This document shows positions 57,497-64,000 of a DNA stretch of 64,000 nt, one piece after another. Where the stretch lies: assembly GCA_002346225.1 (NCBI GenBank), contig DDYY01000068.1:9017-73016 (forward strand), given 5' to 3'. The notes under the pieces were generated by a model. That model searched no databases and was not told the origin of the DNA. It was given only the letters and a program-made list of their open reading frames with translations. This stretch comes from Bacteroidetes bacterium UBA3022 (GTDB lineage Bacteria > Bacteroidota > Bacteroidia > Chitinophagales > BACL12). Position 1 is the first letter of the stretch. Every line of letters begins with the position of its first letter. A program made the translations under genes and the position numbers.

Positions 57497-58905
57497 TTAT
57501 CGACCAAATTGATATACCAGTCTCTGTTAAAAACAGGAGAATCGTTTTTGGCCTTTACGGTTAACAATAAACTAAAGGGAAAAATTAACATGATTCCCAG
57601 CCACATACCGGAAAATGGAGTAATCACTCCCTGGCTCGCCATCTTTTCTCCTGTAATGGTAATGACATAATATACAATAAATATCAATATGGAGAAAATA
57701 ACCGGCAAACCAAATCCCCCTTTGCGGATGATCGCCCCTAGTGGAGCACCTATAAACAGAAAGAGTATACATGCCAGAGAAAGGGTAAACTTTCTGTGCC
57801 ATTCAATCTTATGTTCTTTGATTTTATCATCTGTAAAACCGAGAGAGTCATCTACCTGCCTTGTAAAGTTGCCTACGTTCCGCACCGTCGCCAGCGACCG
57901 TTGAATGGCGGTACCGGGCTTATCCAAAGCATCTATAAATGCCTGCCCCTCCACAGGTGGTGGTAAATTGGACGCCTTGGAAGCATCGAAAACCACACTG
58001 GAATCGCGGTTGAATAAATAATACACCCCTATAACAGTAGCGACAGACGCTTGCTTGTTCTGTGCCTTGATGTACAGCGTATCGATAGCCTTAGAAAGCT
58101 GATTGATATTCATCATCTTGTAATGGTCGCGGTACAGCTCCTCGCTAGTTTGCTGCATCTGGAAACCGGAGAGATCAAGTGCCTTCTCCCACTCCCCGAA
58201 CTCCATGCGCACATGCTCGTATTGCTTTTTATTGCGTACATCCGGATCGAGCTCTTCATATTGCTTTCCGTTCTTCAGGCGTAAAATAAGACTGGACTGA
58301 TCGGCGCTGGGCAGCATTTCACCGTCTAAAGCGATGAGCACATTTCCCTGATTGCTGGCCCGTCCTTCTTCATAGATGGTAATGTCGTGAATGCGCACAT
58401 TATCCTCGTCTTTCCCTCCAATCAGGATACTGTAATCTTCTATTTCGTTGTAGAACTCATTGGGTTTAATGTTCAGTGCCGGCTTTTGCCTTGTAATGTC
58501 TATCAGGGTAGTCCAGAACTTTAACGAAGCCGATGGTAATACATAGTTATTGAATAAAAATGCGCCCGCTGTGATGATTACGCCCACCATTATGGTGCTG
58601 CGCATAAACCGAAACATCGAAATTCCCGCCGACTTGAGGGCTGCCAGCTCAAACCTTTCTCCCAGATTTCCATACAGCATTATGGATGACAATAGGGTTG
58701 CCAATGGAAGTGCCAGAGGTATCATATTGGCTGATGCATAGAACAGCAACTTGGCGACTACCCACCATTCCAGTCCTTTTCCTACCAGGTCTTCAATGTA
58801 CTTCCAGAGAAACTGTATCAGCAAGATTAACAGCGCTATAAAGAAAGTAACTATAAAAGGTCCCAGAAAGGAACGTAAAAAATAAGCGTCTACTTTTTTT
58901 ATCAT
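57457..58905 (-). CDS. LptF/LptG-family (YjgP/YjgQ) permease
   Basis: The track start is a TTG at 58977; the ATG at 58905 gives MIKKVDAYFLRSFLGPFIVTFFIALLILLIQFLW. Six TM segments flank a periplasmic insert. Confidence 0.85.
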   Translation of the reverse strand: MIKKVDAYFLRSFLGPFIVTFFIALLILLIQFLWKYIEDLVGKGLEWWVVAKLLFYASANMIPLALPLATLLSSIMLYGNLGERFELAALKSAGISMFRFMRSTIMVGVIITAGAFLFNNYVLPSASLKFWTTLIDITRQKPALNIKPNEFYNEIEDYSILIGGKDEDNVRIHDITIYEEGRASNQGNVLIALDGEMLPSADQSSLILRLKNGKQYEELDPDVRNKKQYEHVRMEFGEWEKALDLSGFQMQQTSEELYRDHYKMMNINQLSKAIDTLYIKAQNKQASVATVIGVYYLFNRDSSVVFDASKASNLPPPVEGQAFIDALDKPGTAIQRSLATVRNVGNFTRQVDDSLGFTDDKIKEHKIEWHRKFTLSLACILFLFIGAPLGAIIRKGGFGLPVIFSILIFIVYYVITITGEKMASQGVITPFSGMWLGIMLIFPFSLLLTVKAKNDSPVFNRDWYINLVDKWKKLWPLRLFRK

Positions 58906-59002
58906 TTTACAATAACACCTGTTCAACGCTGAATATCCGGCGGGATTATACCAGGCTGAACTGCGGTACTCGCTCAAAGATAAGGCTTAGTCAACTCTGA
59001 AC

Positions 59003-59638
59003 ATGGTTGCACTGCGCTACCTTTACAGCATGGATGTAAACGAACTTCCGATACTTACCAACGCAGAAACTACCGTCTGGCAGGACCGCAGCTTTTTCGA
59101 GGCGAAGCAAACACTCGCGCAAAAAATCGCCACTTGTCTGGCTGCTCTGGAAGGCGAATTGCGGCTGTATCTCTCAAAAGGCTCCACCATATTTTCTGAA
59201 GCAGCCATTCTGCCGGCCGGCAAAATCAGTAAAGGGGAAAATCTGGATGGATACCCCTATCTGTTACTGGACTATCCGCGGTCGGTGCAAAAGAACAGGG
59301 TCCTATTATACAGAACTATATGCTGGCTGGGACACGGTTGTACCTCATCGCTTATTTATCAGGGCAATCCTCTTACGATAAATGGGTGGAAGCTTAACAA
59401 TAAAAACTACCTGATCAGCTACGGAGCGGATATCTGGAACAATGATCCCGGCGCATCTTGCTATTCTAGTATCCAAGATATACCGGAGAATACCGACGGC
59501 ATCCGAATCATGCGCGACTTTGGAATGATAGAACCCCGTGATCTCCCGGAACTGGCTGTGCAGGAATGGATAAAACTGGAAGCTGTGCTGAGTACATCAG
59601 GAAGCACCGATGCGCTTGGAAAGTTCCTTGATCTGTGA
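59003..59638 (+). CDS. hypothetical protein
   Basis: 211 aa with no recognisable motif. The 3' end overlaps the convergent gene by 42 nt. Confidence 0.45.
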   Translation: MVALRYLYSMDVNELPILTNAETTVWQDRSFFEAKQTLAQKIATCLAALEGELRLYLSKGSTIFSEAAILPAGKISKGENLDGYPYLLLDYPRSVQKNRVLLYRTICWLGHGCTSSLIYQGNPLTINGWKLNNKNYLISYGADIWNNDPGASCYSSIQDIPENTDGIRIMRDFGMIEPRDLPELAVQEWIKLEAVLSTSGSTDALGKFLDL

Positions 59639-59980
59639 TTGCCACAATTGTTTCTGACTTTCCACCTCTGAGGGGTCGGCAAAATCTGTTACATAAAGTA
59701 TGGTATCACCGGTGATTTCACCTTTCTCAATCCTAAACTCAAAGTACTCGTCTTCATCCTGGTAATCCCATTGAAAACGAATAAAATCATCGTCATCCGT
59801 GGAGATGAGCTCAGCCTGGTCTTCTACACTATCCCAGGTGAAAAAGTAAGTGTTCCCCTCGTTATCTACCTGGTCAGCAAACCACTGCGACAGCCCCGTT
59901 GGAGTTATGAGAAAATCATATAACACCTTGGCCGAAGACCTTATGATAAATTCAAGCGTAAATTTTTCTGATTTGCTCAT
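59597..59980 (-). CDS. START/SRPBCC-like small acidic protein
   Basis: 127 aa. FTLEFIIRSSAKVLYDFLITPTGLSQWFAD resembles START-like/AHSA1-type N-termini. Confidence 0.55.
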   Translation of the reverse strand: MSKSEKFTLEFIIRSSAKVLYDFLITPTGLSQWFADQVDNEGNTYFFTWDSVEDQAELISTDDDDFIRFQWDYQDEDEYFEFRIEKGEITGDTILYVTDFADPSEVESQKQLWQSQIKELSKRIGAS

Positions 59981-60125
59981 TCTCTAGATAGTAAGAATGC
60001 AAGTATACTATAATTTCGAAATAAACAAAATATTTGCTCTTTTTTTTACAGATAGTTAGTAAAAGCTGTTCCATTACCATTGGCATTGAGCCACTTAAGA
60101 CTTCGTATTTTGCCTGCAGTATTGC

Positions 60126-60133
60126 TAACTTTG
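60126..60133 (+). promoter_or_regulatory. -7 promoter box TAACTTTG
   Basis: Exact TAnnTTTG, ending 41 nt upstream of the GAPDH ATG. Confidence 0.35.
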
Positions 60134-60174
60134 TCGTCCGTCTAACACGATTTGACTCCTCAAAACCAGCTTAA

Positions 60175-61626
60175 ATGAATACGAACACTTACGACATCAA
60201 GCTCAATGAATGGAACCAAAAGGAATTACATGCCACCGAACTCGGTCTGCTGACCGTCCGTCTGTGGTTCGACAAGGCCGTTGAACTCATGATTTTTCGC
60301 CGCTCACTGGTAGATGCCAGGGGCAGTGAAATCCTGAATCACCATATGTATGCACAGCGTTTTCTAGATCAGCCACTCACCATCGATGTGACGCTGGAAT
60401 TGGCTAAAGCGCTTTCAAATATGGACCTGGCTCCTTCGCGTATAGACCTTGGCAGACTGGGTGCCGAATGGCTTGCGGAAAAAGACAATCACGCAGGATT
60501 GGAAACATTTCTGCAATCTAAGCTGGGATTCTTAATCGGTCAGGATAAGATTACCATGCAACCCAAAGATGTCGTTCTGTATGGTTTTGGAAGGATAGGT
60601 CGAATTGCTGCTCGGATCTTAATCAACCAATCGGGAAAAGGTCAACAACTTCGGCTGAAAGCTATCGTTACCCGCTCCAACTCCAATGATGACATTCTGA
60701 AACGCGCCAGCTTATTGAGAAAAGACTCTGTGCACGGCAAGTTTCATGGCACCATCGTAGAGGATCTGGTAAATAAATCCCTGATAATAAATGGTGTCAC
60801 TGTGCATATGATAGCTGCCAGTGATCCGGCTGCCATTGATTATACGGAGTATGGCATTGATAATGCGCTGATAATTGACAATACAGGTATTTCAAGAGAC
60901 CGCGAAGGACTGGGCAAGCACCTGAAATCAAAAGGTGTTGACAAAGTACTCCTGACGGCCCCCGGTAAGGATGATATTCCGAATATCGTACACGGTGTTA
61001 ACCACGAAGGATTTGATACTTCAGGAGAAAAAATATTCAGCGCAGCATCCTGCACAACCAATGCGGTTGTACCTGTCATTGATGTCATTGAAAAAACTTT
61101 TGGCATTCATCATGGTCATATTGAAACGGTGCATTCTTATACCAACGATCAAAATCTTCTTGATAATTATCATAAGAAATACCGCCGTGGTCGCTCCGCC
61201 CCTCTAAATATGGTAATCACTGAAACGGGCGCAGCAAAAGCTGTTACCAAGGTAATTCCTTCCATGGCCGGAAAGCTGACAGGAAATGCCATTCGCGTCC
61301 CCACTCCGAATGTTTCTATGGCTATACTCAACCTTACCTTGCATAAAAATGTTACCAAAGAGTCGGTCAATGAAGCCCTTAGGAAGGCATCAGTAGAAGG
61401 TGCGTTGATAGAGCAGATTGACTACAGCCTGAGCAATGAAATGGTTAGCAGTGATTGTGTAGGAAACGGTCATGCTGTGGTGGTAGATGCCCCGGCAACT
61501 ATTGTTTCCAATGATGGTAGCAGTGTGGTGCTGTATTGCTGGTACGATAACGAATACGGATATACCCGTCAGGTGGTGCGCTTAGCCAAATATCTGAGCG
61601 GCGTAATTCGTCTCCGATACTATTGA
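60175..61626 (+). CDS. gap: glyceraldehyde-3-phosphate dehydrogenase, long form (about 130-aa N-terminal extension)
   Basis: 483 aa. The NAD motif VVLYGFGRIGR begins near residue 133. Catalytic SCTTNA and C-terminal WYDNEYGY are present. Confidence 0.9.
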   Translation: MNTNTYDIKLNEWNQKELHATELGLLTVRLWFDKAVELMIFRRSLVDARGSEILNHHMYAQRFLDQPLTIDVTLELAKALSNMDLAPSRIDLGRLGAEWLAEKDNHAGLETFLQSKLGFLIGQDKITMQPKDVVLYGFGRIGRIAARILINQSGKGQQLRLKAIVTRSNSNDDILKRASLLRKDSVHGKFHGTIVEDLVNKSLIINGVTVHMIAASDPAAIDYTEYGIDNALIIDNTGISRDREGLGKHLKSKGVDKVLLTAPGKDDIPNIVHGVNHEGFDTSGEKIFSAASCTTNAVVPVIDVIEKTFGIHHGHIETVHSYTNDQNLLDNYHKKYRRGRSAPLNMVITETGAAKAVTKVIPSMAGKLTGNAIRVPTPNVSMAILNLTLHKNVTKESVNEALRKASVEGALIEQIDYSLSNEMVSSDCVGNGHAVVVDAPATIVSNDGSSVVLYCWYDNEYGYTRQVVRLAKYLSGVIRLRYY

Positions 61627-61662
61627 ATGAATATTTGTCCCCAATAAATTAAAAGTATATAC

Positions 61663-63000
61663 ATGTTCGAAAGTTTATCCAATAGATTAGAAACCGCTTT
61701 CCAGTCGCTGAAAGGCCAGGGAAAGATCTCCGAAATCAATATCGCTTCAACGGTTAAGGAAATCAGACGCGCGCTGGTAGATGCGGACGTGAACTATAAG
61801 ATTGCGAAAGAATTCACCGATAGAATCAAGGATAAAGCGCTGGGTGAGGATGTTATAAAATCCGTATCTCCCGGTCAGCAAATGGTAAAGATTGTTGCTG
61901 ATGAGCTCACAGAACTCATGGGCGGCACCAAAACCGAAATTAACCTAAAGGGAAGTCCCGCCATTATTTTGATTGCCGGTCTTCAGGGTTCGGGTAAGAC
62001 CACCTTCAGCGCCAAGCTCGCCAAATTCATCAAATCAAAGAATGGTAGAAACCCTGTCATCGCTGCCTGTGACGTTTACCGACCTGCTGCGATTAATCAA
62101 CTACAGGTGCTGGGTGAACAGATCGGTGTTCCGGTTTATACAGACACGGACAACAAAAACCCGGTGGACATTGCTAAAAAAGCTATCAATTTCGCCCGGG
62201 TCAACAACCACAATGTGGTCATCATCGATACGGCCGGTCGCTTGGCGGTGGACGAACAGATGATGGATGAAATTTCTAGCATCAAGAAAGCTGTTCAACC
62301 CACTGAAACACTTTTTATAGTAGACTCCATGACAGGTCAGGATGCAGTCAATACAGCGAAAGCGTTCAACGACCGACTGGACTTCGACGGTGTGGTGCTT
62401 ACCAAACTGGATGGTGACACCAGAGGTGGTGCCGCCCTGACTATCAAATATGTAGTTAATAAACCTATCAAGTTCATCAGCCAGGGAGAGAAAACAGATA
62501 CCCTTGATATTTTCCATCCCGACAGGATGGCCCGTCGTATTTTGGGCATGGGTGATATCGTTTCACTGGTAGAAAAGGCGCAGGAAAATTACGATGCCGA
62601 AAAAGCTGCTGAACTCCAGAAAAAAATAAGGAAGAACAAATTTGATTTTGAAGATTTTCTAGTTCAGCTGGGACAGATAAAGAAAATGGGAAATATCAAA
62701 GACCTGATGGGTATGATTCCCGGAATCGGCAAACAAATTAAGGATATGGACATAGATGAAAAGCAGTTTAAAAAACTGGAAGCTATGATACAATCCATGA
62801 CCCCGGCAGAACGGCAGGACCCGGACATTCTGAATGGTAGCAGACGGAAACGGATTGCAGACGGAAGCGGCTCCTCTATTCAGGACCTCAATCAGTTCAT
62901 CAAGCAATTTGAAGAAATGCGCAAGATGATGAAAATGATGAACAAGATGGGTGGTGGCGCCAAAGCTGCCCGTGCAATGGGCATGATGGGCAAACGTTAA
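61663..63000 (+). CDS. ffh: signal recognition particle protein
   Basis: 445 aa. GTPase motifs GLQGSGKTT, DTAGR and TKLDGD, with a Met-rich M domain and C-tail. Confidence 0.97.
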   Translation: MFESLSNRLETAFQSLKGQGKISEINIASTVKEIRRALVDADVNYKIAKEFTDRIKDKALGEDVIKSVSPGQQMVKIVADELTELMGGTKTEINLKGSPAIILIAGLQGSGKTTFSAKLAKFIKSKNGRNPVIAACDVYRPAAINQLQVLGEQIGVPVYTDTDNKNPVDIAKKAINFARVNNHNVVIIDTAGRLAVDEQMMDEISSIKKAVQPTETLFIVDSMTGQDAVNTAKAFNDRLDFDGVVLTKLDGDTRGGAALTIKYVVNKPIKFISQGEKTDTLDIFHPDRMARRILGMGDIVSLVEKAQENYDAEKAAELQKKIRKNKFDFEDFLVQLGQIKKMGNIKDLMGMIPGIGKQIKDMDIDEKQFKKLEAMIQSMTPAERQDPDILNGSRRKRIADGSGSSIQDLNQFIKQFEEMRKMMKMMNKMGGGAKAARAMGMMGKR

Positions 63001-63003
63001 ATC

Positions 63004-64000
63004 TTATAGGGACGCATACAGCGTATTCCATTGTCCGGCCAGCAAACTTCGGTCAAAACGCTGCACCTCGGTGCGTGCTCTTTCGATGAATTCCTTTTTC
63101 CAATCAGAATTGGCTGTTATGGTGCGGTAGGCATCCATGGCGGCATCCACATCATCAGGAGCACAATATAAAGCGGCGGTTCCCCCTGCTTCAGGTATAG
63201 AAGAGGTGGAAGAAGCAATCACCGGGCAATCGCACAAGAGCGCTTCTGCCACTGGCATTCCGAAACCCTCATACAAGGAAGGGTAGAATAATAATGTTGC
63301 GTGGTTGTAGAGGTATTTCATTTGCAACTCGGTGCAAGATTCAAGAAAAATAAAATACTTATTCAGATTTTTTCTATTAATCAAGCCTTTCATTTCATCG
63401 CCGTATTTCCCCTTTCCTCCTGTTACTACAAAGGGAATACGCTCTCCTTTTGGCAGTGCTTCTATCATGCTGATGGCGAGCTCCAGATTTTTTCTTTCAT
63501 TGCCCAAACCGGCAAAAAGCAAAAACTGTGCGGGCAGATTTATCGCAGGTGATTCCACTTCTGCATCTTCGTAAAAAATATCCTGAAGTATAGGATAAAT
63601 GACTTGTATGCTGTCCTTCTCTACCCCGTACAAGGCTGCCAGATCATGGGCGGTAGCTGCACTGCTGGCAACAATTATATCGGCCTGCTGTACTGCCTGC
63701 CTGGTTTTATAATTATAAATGGTTCGGTCTATTGCTGTGTAAGCATGCGGGTAATGTCGAAAGATTACATCGTGAATGGTAACTACGCTTTTTATCCCGC
63801 TGCCTTTTAAAGTAAAGGGTAACTCATTACTCAATCCGTGAAATACTTGTACCTGCTCTTTCATCAGTTGCCTGATAATACCATACGACCTCCAGGTAAA
63901 ACTCCACCCGGAGTCCGGTTGAATTATTCGGGCATGCGCTGGCTTGAAAGCTACATCGGATGCACCGGGTGTAAAAAGCAAATAGTCGTTCTCGGGATGG
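63004..64000 (-). CDS. GT4-family glycosyltransferase, 5' end beyond the window
   Basis: The track M at 63981 is a TTG, and the frame stays open to position 64000 (..HPENDYLLFTPGAS..). C-terminal motif YEGFGMPVAEALLCDCPVIASSTSSIPEAGG. Confidence 0.8.
   Translation of the reverse strand, partial: HPENDYLLFTPGASDVAFKPAHARIIQPDSGWSFTWRSYGIIRQLMKEQVQVFHGLSNELPFTLKGSGIKSVVTIHDVIFRHYPHAYTAIDRTIYNYKTRQAVQQADIIVASSAATAHDLAALYGVEKDSIQVIYPILQDIFYEDAEVESPAINLPAQFLLFAGLGNERKNLELAISMIEALPKGERIPFVVTGGKGKYGDEMKGLINRKNLNKYFIFLESCTELQMKYLYNHATLLFYPSLYEGFGMPVAEALLCDCPVIASSTSSIPEAGGTAALYCAPDDVDAAMDAYRTITANSDWKKEFIERARTEVQRFDRSLLAGQWNTLYASL

Overview
This 64-kb chromosomal segment reads as Bacteroidota. Supporting signs: two cargo proteins with T9SS C-terminal sorting domains, TonB-dependent receptors with N-terminal carboxypeptidase-regulatory-like domains, a fused ccoN-ccoO, TAnnTTTG-type -7 promoter boxes and many ATGA-style gene overlaps. 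I see no transposase, integrase, CRISPR array, rRNA or prophage gene.

Gene order:
- 1-4.5 kb: cbb3 oxidase genes ccoNO (truncated by the window edge and absent from the ORF track), ccoS and ccoI.
- 4.6-9.8 kb: gyrB, an M1 peptidase and small secreted proteins.
- 9.8-11.6 kb: a universal stress protein and an FNR-type regulator. FNR-like boxes sit here and in front of the cco genes.
- 11.6-15.5 kb: a TonB-dependent receptor block.
- 15.6-15.8 kb: two tandem tRNA-Arg genes.
- 15.9-26.9 kb: a glycan locus with a Wzi/RemB-like outer-membrane protein, a WbaP-type initiating transferase, the complete GDP-D-glycero-alpha-D-manno-heptose pathway (gmhA, hddA, gmhB, hddC), GT26, GT4, an SDR and two sulfotransferase-family genes.
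- 27.2-31.8 kb: an LTA4H-like M1 aminopeptidase and an Lhr-type DExH helicase.
- 31.9-37.2 kb: a lower-GC block with a LuxR-type pseudo-receiver regulator, a T9SS-secreted HmuY-like protein, a TonB-dependent receptor and an HmuY-like lipoprotein.
- 37.7-40.6 kb: pntAA-pntAB-pntB.
- 40.6-45.1 kb: a DUF3667-like gene broken by one in-frame TGA, a T9SS surface protein, a thioesterase and tsaD.
- 45.1-49.9 kb: tamB.
- 52.4-64 kb: ribBA, three glycosyltransferases, PAP2, lptF/G-like, long-form GAPDH, ffh and a truncated GT4.

The best candidate for something undescribed is the 49.9-52.4 kb gap between tamB and ribBA. It holds a 490-aa TPR-like protein and, divergently, an unannotated 48-codon ORF encoding a peptide with a hydrophobic N-terminus. 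Downstream are a 22-bp palindrome, a 38-bp perfect duplication of the start region of a 139-aa orphan gene, and that gene itself. The architecture recalls receptor/pro-peptide signalling pairs, but this is inference only. All calls rest on reading the sequence and motif memory; no searches were run.
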